Of a stretch of DNA of 29,606 nt, positions 1 through 10,183 are shown in pieces. The first letter of the stretch is position 1. Every line of letters starts with the position of its first letter. The notes beneath the pieces were generated by a model that saw nothing but the letters and a program-made list of their open reading frames with translations, had not been told where the DNA came from and made no database searches. A program made the position numbers and the translations under genes. The DNA comes from Peribolospora baueri (taxonomy: Eukaryota): contig JAMDHS010000081.1 of assembly GCA_029717555.1 (NCBI GenBank), forward strand, positions 62,001 to 91,606, written 5' to 3'.

Positions 1-105
1 CGTCTCGGCTTGTTTGAATTGCTCAAGCTCGATAACCGTCCCTCCCCATCGGGTCATCTGATGTGCTTTTGTTTTCTTCTTTTGAATGATGTCGCACGCC
101 CACAG

Positions 106-2162
106 GCACTCAAATCCGATGGCTGGGACACCGACCCGTTCAAGCTGGTCGTGGATGAGAAGACAGGGAGGATGTATGGACGTGGAAGCACGGACGACAA
201 GGGCCCCGTTCTTGGGTGAGTTTGCTGCTCCCGTCGCTGTTGCACGAGGACGCGAGCGCTGGCCCCTTTCGACGCTGGTCCATCGCATATTATCTCTCTG
301 ACATGTCTTTTGCACCATCACGAAGATGGCTGAACGTCATCGAGGCCCATAAAGAACTGGGTATCGAGCTGCCGGTCAACCTGAAGATGTGCTTTGAGGG
401 TGAGTGAGAGTGCACGTCGATCGGTCTTTGCATTTCTATCCTTTTGTATGATGACGACCTCATACCTCTGCCTCCTCCCGCTTTCTAAAGGCATGGAAGA
501 GTCCGGCTCGGTGGGTCTCGATGATTTGATTGTCGCCGAGAAGGACAAGTTCTTTGCTGGGACGGACGCCGTTTGCATCTCTGTGAGTCGAGCCTTTTGC
601 AACGGTGTCACCTTGGCGATCTCATGGGATCTAATTGCCGAGTCCTTACTTTCCGTGTCTTTCTTAGGACAACTACTGGTGAGCGTAGGCCTTCTTTGAA
701 CGATCTCTACACTCTCCACATCGCTCGTTCTCACGCCCTCTTCGCCTCGTAATTTCCGCGCAGGCTCGGCACTACGAAACCCTGCCTTACGTACGGCCTT
801 CGCGGCATCTGCTACTACAACTTGACCATCTCCGGCCCGGCGCGAGACTTGCACTCGGGCCTCTTTGGCGGCGTCGTGCACGAGCCGATGACGGATCTCT
901 TTGCTATCATGAGCAAGCTCGTTTCGACGGATGGCAAGATTTTGATCCCCGGTGTCAACGAGCTTGTGGATCCGCTCACCGACGAAGAGAGGTGAGGGTG
1001 AGGCCAGCGACCCCGTCGCGCCGCGTTGCATTGCCAATCTCACGTCATACCGTCGAGCCATTTTGCAGGAGGCGATACGAGGTCGTTGACTTTTCTCTCA
1101 ACGTGAGCAGCGAGCTGAACGGTGTTTGGATATTCAATTGTTCGTGTCTGACTCGTCTTTCGCTCTCGCCTTATCCGGCCCCACCCTCTCGTGTCCCGTC
1201 GCAGGACATTCACGGGGCGACCGGCTCGCAGACGACGATCCGGGAGGACAAAGTGAGCACGCTGATGGCACGCATGCGCTTCCCTTCGCTCTCCTTGCAC
1301 GGCATCGAGGGCGCCTTCAGCGAGCCTGGGTCAAAGACGGTCATTCCTGCCAAGGTCATTGGTGAGGAGCCGACTTGATCCGAAACGTCGATGTATGAGT
1401 GGACCACGGTCTGAACCGGGCCATCACTTTGCCGTTCCGCCTCGGCCAGGCAAGTTCTCCATCCGGTTGGTGCCGTCGCAGACGCCGGAAAAGGTGAACG
1501 CGCTGGTTCACAAGTTTGTCCGAGACGAGTTTGCCAAGCTGGGAAGCAAGAACAAGGTGGACATCTCGTCGGGGCACGACGGCAAGCCTTGGGTTGTCGA
1601 TCCCAATCACTGGAACTACGGTGAGTGGAGCGTTGGGGCTCGCCTTTTACGATCCGTTCCGTCCCTCACCTTTTACCTCCATCTTTAGTGGCCGCGAGCA
1701 AGGCGACGAAGACGGTGTGGGGGGTGGAGCCTGACCTGACGCGTGAGGGCGGTAGCATCCCTGTCGTGAGTTTTCCTTTATCTTTCTTTCGATCGGTCTC
1801 GGAGCTGACCCGCTTTGTCCCGCCATGCTTGCGTACGACCGGCGCGGGGGGGGAACGAGGACAGACGCTGACGTTTTCAGACACGCTCGGCGTCAACGTG
1901 CTCCTGCTGCCCGTCGGCAGGGCGGACGACGGGGCGCACAGCACGAACGTGAGTGGGCGATCTGGCCGTCACCGTCACCGTCGCTGGCCAGCTTTTCTGA
2001 ACCGCTTCCCTCCGTCCCTCTTTCCATCCGACACCGAACCGAACCGAACCGAAACCGAATCAAAACCAAAACCAACAGGAGAAACTGGACATCTCAAACT
2101 ACATCCAAGGCTGCAAGACGCTCGGCCTCTACCTCCACGAGGTCGCCGCGGTGTCGGCGTAG
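106..2162 (+). CDS. DUG1: Cytosolic non-specific (Cys-Gly) metallodipeptidase, peptidase M20 family (DUG1/CNDP2-like); 5' part lies outside the window
   Basis: Exons deduced from GT-AG sites: 106-215, 326-399, 491-582, 668-678, 764-991, 1069-1102, 1205-1361, 1450-1620, 1689-1765, 1865-1948, 2079-2162 (TAG). The spliced product contains [58 protein letters not shown] and [12 protein letters not shown], the hallmark motifs of CNDP2/Dug1. Confidence 0.96.
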
Positions 2163-2957
2163 ATTTCTCTGGAACTTTTGCCGAGCACCTTGGCCGATGG
2201 ACGACTTGTGGTTCGGTCGCCTGCGTGTACATAACGCCCGGTATGCCCGTCAGTGGGTGGTCGTCATCCATCCTCTGAACCACGCTTTGCCTGGCAAAAC
2301 GCTCAGTCAGCATGCCATGTGGCCAAGTATCCGGAGCTGTTGCCCATACATACCGAGTAACCCTAAAAACGAAGGCAAAGCAAAAAAGCAAATGGACGCG
2401 GCGCGAGAGAGAACCTCACGCCGATTTGGCAATTTTCGTTTCGTTTCGCGCAAAACGCTCATGGCGCGTACACGAAACGAAAGAGAGCCCCCACCCACCC
2501 ATATTGCGATGTTGAAATTGAGCGCTCTGCCATGCTGTGCTGTGCTGTGCCGTGTCGGCGTAGGGTGGGCGTGCTGGGCGAGGCTGGGCGAGGCTAGAGC
2601 GGAGGGTGGAAGGACGACAGAACTTGATCGCTCGCTCGGTCGACGATGGTGGATGGGTGCGATGGCGCACGATCATCGACCGTCGTCATTCTCTTCTTTT
2701 TTTTATTCCTCATCGTGTTGCCACCATTCGTCTCCACGTAGGCACGTACGTACGTAGTCATGGCCGTCCCTGCCCCTGCGGCGACAGAGACTGAATGACT
2801 GGGAAAGATGCGGGGAATGGAGAGTGCGACGTTAGGACGAGGAAAGAGACAGAGGGTGCGCTTGCGCTTGGGATTGCACGATGGCTAGGCGTTGCACACT
2901 GATGCGGACACGACGACGACGGACGAAAAAAAAAAAAAACGCAGGGAAGCAGGGTGG

Positions 2958-3006
2958 CACGACACGACACGACACGATACGACACGACACGATACGACAC
3001 GACACG
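2958..3006. repeat. (CACGA/TACGA)n pentanucleotide microsatellite between convergent 3' ends
   Basis: cacgacacgacacgacacgatacgacacgacacgatacgacacgacacg read directly. Confidence 0.9.
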
Positions 3007-3337
3007 GTGTAAGCAGAGAGACTTATACGAGGCTACAGAAGACTACTGCTTGGCTACTGGCTGGCTACTGGCTGATTGCGTGAGGATAGGGTTGGACTAG
3101 ACACGCTTCTGTAGACGACATACGACGGACGGCGGTGCGGAGGGTTATGGAAAAGAGACAGGAGACAAGAAAAAAGGGAGAAAAAGATGGTCTGGCTACG
3201 TAACCGGACCAGACAAAACGGTAAAGATACGGCACAAGACAGACAGACGGTCTCGACGAGAGACTCGAGTAAGGGAACGAACGGCAAACGACGGTCGACA
3301 AACGAGACGACACGACGCGCATACAGACACACGACGC

Positions 3338-4709
3338 CTACGAGCCCAAAACTCCTGCAAAGCCGATCGGGACAAACTGGTCAGGTGCGACGAGGTCTTC
3401 TCCCGGTTGGTACCCCTGCCGCTGCTGCTGCTGCTGCTGCTGTTGACCCGCGTTCCAAAGGGCCGACGGCTGCCACGAACTGACGTCAGCAGAGGCGGGG
3501 GCGAAATGCAGGTCGTACGGAGGCGCTGGGACGGGCCGGTGGATGGCGAGGTCAGGAGTGGGGAGGCGATGAACGAGGTGGACGGGCTCGAGCCTGGTGG
3601 CCGCCGTCTTTTCCAACTCGGCGCGAGCGGCCTCTGGGGCGGAGAGGCGGCGGGCCTTGTGACCGCCGTCGCCGGTCCAGATGAATCCGGGGCTGCAGCC
3701 GTTGGTGTGGGTACCAGGCGGGAAGCCGGCATCGAAACCGGCGAGGCCGTCCACGGATCCGGGTTGGTGCTGCACCTCCTCGAAGTGCTTGAGCTGCCGA
3801 CCGGGCTTTTTTACGCGACGTTTGGGCGAAACTTGGTAATAGCAACCGTCGGGAAACTTGCGCTTCATGCACTGGACACATGGTACGCTAGCGGGAGAAG
3901 AGCAAAGGCGGAGGGTGAGAGGCGGTGGCGACGGACGGACCGGAGACGCCCACAGACTCACAGGCCGTCGCACTTTCTATTTGACCGGAGAGGAGGAGGA
4001 CGGCGCGGGTCATCGGACGACGTCCAAAGACGGGAAACGGCGAAAAAGGAACCGAAACGCACCTCTTGCTCAGTCTGCAGTTGGCGCAGGCGAGGAGGAG
4101 CCTCGAACCGGCTCTTTGGGGCTGAGCACCGGGGAAAGGGTCGCGTTTCTTGTGCCAGCCGTAGAGATCCTCTATCGACGGAGGCTGGACTTGCCAGAAG
4201 GAAGGCGGGGGTGGAGGCGTGCGGGAGCCGGTCGTGTCTGCGGGCGTCGTCGGCGCTCGTGTGGGCTGGTAGAGAGGGCGGTGGTAGATGGAGATGGGTC
4301 GGGTCGGTTCGAAGGGGGCGTCGACGTGGCGGTAGTGAAAGTGGGGAGGATGAGCGGTGCTGAAAAGCGGGAGCGCGGGGTTGTCGTAGGCCGGCCGATC
4401 GTCGGGGGCGTAGGTGGACTGCTTGGGCTCGGTGGAAAACCAGCCGAGGTCGAGGCCCAAGGCGGAAGAGGTGGAGGAGGAGGTGTAGGAGGGATGGACG
4501 GCGCTGGGGGCGAGATGGGTATCGGCCATCGCCGAGGGCGTGTCGAGCCTCGGAGCGGGGAGTGGAAGCGATGTGGGAGGCAAGGGCGTGTCGAGGAGAC
4601 CGCAAGAACGAATGCCGGGCAGGTTGTAGGATAATGGCCTGGCCCTGGCGTCGGGCGCTGGCTCGTCGAGGTCGTTGGCGGCGTAGGTGAGTGGGCTTGC
4701 GGCGGTCAT
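3338..4709 (-). CDS. Zn(II)2Cys6 (GAL4-type) fungal transcription factor, about 403 aa
   Basis: Exons 4709-4063, 3976-3962 (15-nt microexon) and 3887-3338 splice to ACANCRLSKRKCDGLVPCVQCMKRKFPDGCYY, a CX2CX6CX5CX2CX8C binuclear cluster. It is followed by a basic PKRRVKKPGR stretch and a C-terminal poly-Q. The ATG at 4709 is inferred and is supported by an upstream TATA box. Confidence 0.88.
3420..3444 (-). repeat. (CAG)n tract encoding poly-Gln in the Zn2Cys6 factor
   Basis: (GCT)n on +; translates as GQQQQQQQQR on the minus strand. Confidence 0.85.
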
Positions 4710-4900
4710 GGTGGGAGATGGCGAGGGCGTCGGCTTGGACGTCGCGATGGTGGTGGTGGTGGCGTCGCGGTGGCGATGGTGTCGCGTCGCGTCGCCTCTT
4801 GAACGACCCTCGGCTTGTTCTTGTCTCTATCTCGACGGAGCAGAAGAGGAGACTGGGTGGGATGGAAGAGTAAGAAGAAGGCGAGGGTTGGCCGTCGGGG

Positions 4901-4908
4901 CTTTTATA
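4901..4908 (-). promoter_or_regulatory. Putative TATA box of the Zn2Cys6 gene
   Basis: cttttata on + reads TATAAAAG on -, an exact TATAWAWR match about 190 nt upstream of ATG 4709 in otherwise GC-rich DNA, followed by pyrimidine-rich sequence. Confidence 0.6.
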
Positions 4909-6054
4909 GGGAAACGGGCGGCAGGGATCGGCAGTCGGCAGGGAGATGCGGGTTCGGGCTTGGGATTGAGTCTGTGGGAAAGAAGGAAAAGGAAAACAAG
5001 CATCGTCGACGGCGTCGATGGCAGTGATAGCCTTTGGTGGTCGTCCGTCGCCGCTATCTATCCGACCTCCATCTTCGGCCAGTCCTTCTTCATCTCCATC
5101 GTCGGTGAGGCCTTCCTTCGTCTTCCGCTCCCTTACGGACCACCGAAGACGGTGGCACGGGTGGAAGCGGCGGGGCTTTGCATTGGACCGCCGCCGCCGC
5201 CGTCGCCGCGGGTGGAACACGATGTCGAGTGAGAGAAGAGATGGGAAGGAGGAAGGAAAAAGGAAGAAAAAAGAAGGAACGAAGCAGGAAGGATGCGAGG
5301 GGCAAGCAGGGCCGAGTAGTGGCAGGGCAAGGCTGGCGCAGGGGCTGACAGCAACGGCAGGCACGGCCAAGGGTGGAGAAGAAGAAGGAGAAGTATAAGT
5401 ATAAGGATAGAGAGAAAGAGAAAGAGAAAAAGAAAGGAGCGATGAGAAAGAAGAATAGGACGACGACGACGACGACGACCTCCTCCTCTTCTAGAACATC
5501 TCCTCTTTCTCGTCCTCATCCACGTCCACGTCCACCTCGGGACGGCCAGACACGTGAGCGGAACGGCCAAAGGCGCAAGTTCATTTCCATTTCATTTCGG
5601 CTTTTATCGCCGACTCGACTTTACTTTGTTCCTAGGCTGTTGCTTGGCTTAGGGCGTAAGCACTTCTAACAAGGCGCCCGCTCGGCATCGCATCCCATCG
5701 TCATAACGTCCATTCGGTTCCCAACCTCCGTTATACGGCGACGACCACGACGACCAAGACCACGACGATCGTGATTAACCGCCGACGAGCGCCGGTCGAA
5801 TCCAATTCATCCTGGCGAACGTAAATGAAAGAACGTCCCTCCTTCCCTGATCGGCCTCGGCTCCCCCACAAAGAATCCATCCGCCGACGGAAGCACTCCC
5901 AAGCTAGCCAAACCGGTCCTCGATCAAATGCCCCTCTGTCGCTTTTTTAATGGCGTGGCTGCGTGCGGGGGAAGAAAAGGACAGGGGATCCCCCCACCAT
6001 TGGCCACACCTAGCTTCTCGTACAAGGAATAGGAGAAGGATGTCGCTGGCGCTC

Positions 6055-6092
6055 ACTGACTGACTGACTGACCGACCGACCGACCGACCGAC
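6055..6092. repeat. Compound (ACTG)n(ACCG)n tetranucleotide microsatellite downstream of SES1
   Basis: actgactgactgactgaccgaccgaccgaccgaccgac read directly. Confidence 0.9.
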
Positions 6093-6282
6093 GGCACTCT
6101 CTATTCTCCACCGCCTTCTCCTACACGACGACGACGACGACGACGACATACGCGAGGCAGGGTATATCGGTGTGCCCGACGGAGGGTTAAAGCCGACCTT
6201 CAACCCATACGTCAACGACGGAAAAAAACGCAAAAAATCCAACCGCGCGGCCCCGACGTCTACATCTAACCTCTCCTCTCCT

Positions 6283-8251
6283 CTACTTGCGCTTCTGCGA
6301 AGTCGTGCCCTTCGGCAGCTCGCGCACGTACGGCAAAAACTCGCGTCCCTGCAGGTACGGCTGGAGCACTTTGGGGATCCGCACGCCCTCCGCCGTCTGA
6401 TGCGTTTCCATGATGCAGCACAGAGCCCGCTCCGTCGCGCACAGCGTCGCGTTGAGCATGTGCACATACGTCTTTGTCGTGTCTCCTGGCTTCCTCACCC
6501 CGCATCGCACCTCCAACCGGCGCGACTCTGCGTCCCCCAAAATAACGCACAGACCGTCAGCTCGCTGTCCCACCCCATCCGAATGCGTGCCAACCACTCA
6601 CGGTAGTCGGTGCAGTTGCTGCACGACACCAGCTCCTTGTATTCGCCCTGGAACGGGAACCACGCTTCCAGGTCGTACTTCTGTGCCGCCGCGTTGTTCA
6701 GCGCGCCCGATACGATCGCCACCACTCGGTACGGGATCTCAAGGCTCTGATAGAATGCCTCTGAAGATTCGACCATCTGGTCAAACATCTCCCACGACGA
6801 AGAAGGGTCCGTGATGCAGAACTGACGCGCGGGTCGGATCGAACATCAGTACCGCCTTCCCCTCCGTCTCCTCAGGCCCGCCCACTCACCTGTTCCACCT
6901 TCTCGAACTGGTGCACTCGGAAGATACCCCACGTATCCTTGCCGTGCGAGCCAGCCTCTTTCCGGAAGCACGTCGAGTAGCCCGCGTACTTGATCGGCAG
7001 CTGCTCCGACGGCTTTTCGAACCACTCGTCCGAGTGGAACGCCGAGATGGGCTGCTCCGACGTCGCGATAAGGTACTTGCCCTCCTCATCGCCCGTCACC
7101 TGCCGAGCCAGAACGCGAGACACGAGACGACGGTCCGAGATGAGCCCTTTCTGCGTCGGCGACCGTCACCGCTCGTCCCACACGCCGCCTCACTCACGCC
7201 GTACAGCTCCTCGTCAAACTGCTCCAGCTGCGCCGTCTTGGCCATGACCGACTTGCGCATCATGAACGGCGACATGACCTTCTTGTACCCGCGTCCCCGT
7301 AAGAAATCCAGACCGTAGTTGATCAGCGCCTGGTTGAGGTCGACGCCGTCGCCGGTTAGGAAGAACCCGCGGTGGCCCGAGATCTTGGCACCCCGTTCGG
7401 TGTCAAAGGCGTCCAGGCGGAGCATGACCTCGTGGTGCGAGAGAAAGTCGGTCCGCTTGTCAAGCGTGCCGTTCGGACCGTCGGGGTGCCATGTGCGCAT
7501 CGTTTTGTTATCGTCCTGACGAAAAAGGGTAGGTAGACGAAACGAAAAATGGAAAAAAAGGTCAAGGCGATGAAGGTCGTAGGACCATACCACACACAGC
7601 CAGGACCTCGCATCCCGGCGACCGACGCCGACTAACCTCGGTCGAGCTGATCGGCACGCCCGGAGCGACAATGTTGCCGATCGTCGCCAGCTTGGCCCTC
7701 ATCTTCGCCTCCGCCTCGGCCACCTTTGGCTTGAACTCGTTCACCTCCTTGTCGATCGCCGCTTTCCTCGCCAGCTCGGCGTCCGCGTTCTCCTTTGCCT
7801 GTCAGTCGTCGGCGAAGGCAGTACGTGGAGCAATTCGAGCGTGAGCAAAGGTGGTCTTGGGAACGACGACGCAGGAGCTTCTTTTGGTCTGCCCACGCTC
7901 GCTCCCTCGCTCACCTTCTTCTTCGCAGTGATCTCCTTCTGCACCTTGTTGACCTCCTTCTGCTTCTCCATGATCTCAAAGTTCACTGTACGATACGGAC
8001 GAGGAGGGGCGACGGGAAAAAAAAAAAAAAAAAAAAAAAAAGTCAGCACGGCGCGTCGGAGCCAAACTCCACAACATGCCCATCGCACTCGGTGCATCCC
8101 GGAAGTGCCACTCACTCTTCGTCCAGTCCTTGTACATCTGCACCACCTCGTCCACGACCTCCACGCTGGCGCCCCTCTTCCTCTGCGACTCCTTGACGAC
8201 CTCCGGGTCGCCGCCCTTCTCGGGCATGAGCATGGCAATGTCGAGCGTCAT
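6283..8251 (-). CDS. SES1: Cytosolic seryl-tRNA synthetase, about 453 aa
   Basis: Exons 8251-8116, 7985-7915, 7798-7637, 7515-7198, 7099-6890, 6821-6602, 6527-6283 sum to 1362 nt in frame. Motifs: [58 protein letters not shown] (class II motif 2), [23 protein letters not shown] and [12 protein letters not shown] (motif 3). Confidence 0.98.
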
Positions 8252-8542
8252 TCTTTCCGTCCTATCGTCCTATCGTCTCTTGCTGCGTGGCGGAGCGTCA
8301 AATCGGTCCTGTGGGAGATGGTCGTCGGTGTCGTCGTCGCCCTTCCTTCCACCCGACCTCCGTTCCTAAAGTCTTCTCGCGGAGTCAACGGCGCGTGTGA
8401 CTCCCGACCGGTCATGTGACAAGCACGTGGAGGGCGTGGGTCATGGCCCTGTGTTCGCACCGATCAACTGACGACATTGATAAAGGACAGTCTTTGATAA
8501 AGGACAGTCGATGACAACGATCGCGACGACGACGACGACAAC
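8252..8542. promoter_or_regulatory. Compact 291-bp bidirectional promoter between SES1 and HIS2
   Basis: Divergent ATGs at 8251(-) and 8543(+). Contains GAGTCA (8382-8387), TGACTC (8398-8403), GTCATGTGAC (8411-8420), CACGTG (8424-8429) and two copies of TTGATAAAGGACAGTC (8477-8509). Confidence 0.75.
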
Positions 8543-9846
8543 ATGCCCTGGTCGCACCATTCCCACTCGGGCCAGTTCTGCCGGCACGCAAAGGGGACGC
8601 TGGAAGAGGTGGTGGAGGAAGCCATCGGGCAGGGCTTCAGGACCTACGGTTTGTCGGAACATGTGCCGCGCTACAGGGAGCAAGACCTCTACCCGGAGGA
8701 GGTGAGCGTCTCCTTCCTTCGTCGCCTTCCTCACATACGCCGTTCTATGCGAGCGGACCGTTGAAGGCTTGGTTTGATCGTCGTTTCTCTCCGCTTTGTC
8801 CTAGTTAGAAAGACCTCCAGCCGTCGGCGTTGACGGACACGTTCACAGCCTACCTCTCCCACGCCTCCGCTCTCCGAGAACGGTACGCGTCAAGAATCAA
8901 TCTCATCGTAGGCTTGGAGACGGAGAACATTGTCCCCGCCACTCTTGACGCGCTCGAAGAATTACTCGCCTCCGATCAGGCCCTCCCGCCGGGCGAAAGG
9001 AGGATCGACTACGTGGTCGGATCGGTGCACCACGTCAACGAAGTCCCGTTCGACTTTTCCGAGCAGGAGTACGATCGAGCCATCGCCTCGTTTGCGTCGG
9101 AGGACGAGCGGGCCGAAGGTGCTGGTGCGGCTGCGGCGGGCGTCTCCGGTACGACACCCCGGCCTTCCTCCGCCGCCTTCGACCGCTTCCTCTCGGCCTA
9201 CTTCGACCTCCAGTATCACGTCCTGACCCGCATCCGGCCCGAGGTCGTGGGCCACTTCGACCTCTGCCTTCTCTTCCGCCCTGAGCACTCCCTCAAGGCC
9301 CAACCGGAGGTATGGGCCAAAGTGGAGCGCAACGTCCGGTATGCCGTCGGCTACGGCGCCCTCTTCGAGGTCAACGCCGCGGCCTTTCGCAAGGGATGGA
9401 GGACCGCGTACCCTGGCAAGGAGGTGATGGAGGTGAGCCAGGCCGTGCGGTTGGTTGGGTCGCGCATCGCCCTTCATCCGCCGCTCAGCCCGCGCCGGCG
9501 TACACTTTTCCCTTCCTTCCTTCCTTCCTTCCTTCCTTCCTAGCTCATCCTCTCCCTCAAAGGCCGCCTGTGCCTCTCGGACGACTCGCACGGCCCGCAC
9601 ACCGTAGGTGCCCACTACGCCTCGGCGCGCGACTACCTCCTCTCCCTCGGCGTCGACGAACTCTGGCATCTCGAACGCGAACTCTGGCATCTCGAACGCG
9701 ACTCCGCCCCGGCGCACGACCAAGAAAAAGAAAAAGAAGACACCGTCGTCGTCGTCGGCTCCCCCTTCCCTCGCGGTACGCGGCCGAGGAGAGTCGGCCC
9801 GGAATGGCGGGACGCGCCCTTCTGGGACGGCAGACATCCGCCGTAG
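8543..9846 (+). CDS. HIS2: Histidinol-phosphate phosphatase, PHP family (His2/HisJ type), about 361 aa
   Basis: Exons 8543-8701, 8809-9432, 9544-9846. Motifs: SHHSHSGQFCRHAKGTLEEVV, GLSEHVPR, GLETE, DYVVGSVHHV, PEVVGHFDL, LFEVNAAAFRKGW and LSDDSHG, the PHP metal-binding set of fungal His2. Confidence 0.95.
9511..9541 (+). repeat. (CCTT)n microsatellite forming the polypyrimidine tract of HIS2 intron 2
   Basis: ccttccttccttccttccttccttccttcct runs directly into the TAG acceptor at 9541-9543. Confidence 0.9.
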
Positions 9847-10183
9847 CTCCCCCGCTCTTTTTCTTCTTTCTTCCTTTTTTTAATTCTTCGTCTTCCCCTT
9901 ACGTGCCAAGGTGCACCCCGGTAACGTTGGCGTTGACGTGACGCGCGTATATAGATATTTTCTTACATCGCGGCGCTCGAAATCGTAGAGTCGTGCGCGG
10001 CCGTGGAGAGCGAGCAGACGGCGGGGCGCGGGCAAACAGTTCCCTAAGCCTATGCAACGATGGGGGGGGGGGTGGGGGAGGGGTAAATCTTCCGGGCGGA
10101 AAAGTGTCCGAATGCGGAGAAGGAGTTGGGTGAAGGAGGGAGGGCGGGATATGCGACTGGCAGTCGAATTGGGGCGGAAGGGA

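Noticed and set aside
446..465. ATGATGA box C within a GTATGA...TCATAC hairpin in a DUG1 intron (possible C/D snoRNA)
   Set aside because: No downstream CTGA box D before the acceptor, and too little space.
1825..2757. 310-aa plus-strand ORF overlapping the DUG1 3' end
   Set aside because: It shares frame with no DUG1 exon, has a low-complexity Arg-rich translation, and runs through intron and 3' UTR.
3958..5370. 470-aa minus-strand ORF overlapping the Zn2Cys6 gene in another frame
   Set aside because: TTG start, Arg/Pro low-complexity translation, and it runs across the TATA box and repeats. Its last residues (RKCDGL) are simply the microexon.
6187..6285. SES1 stop read-through extension ending -GRL (possible cryptic peroxisomal PTS1)
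   Set aside because: The stop context TAG-AGG is not the TGA-CTA read-through motif, and GRL is at best a weak PTS1.
8252..8340. Non-AUG N-terminal mitochondrial extension of SES1
   Set aside because: An in-frame TAG lies seven codons upstream of the ATG.
8511..8808. Upstream ATG 8511 plus proximal acceptor 8804 restoring the HIS2 frame (alternative N-terminus)
   Set aside because: The frame would be restored, but the added TTAG places a TAG stop at 8806-8808.
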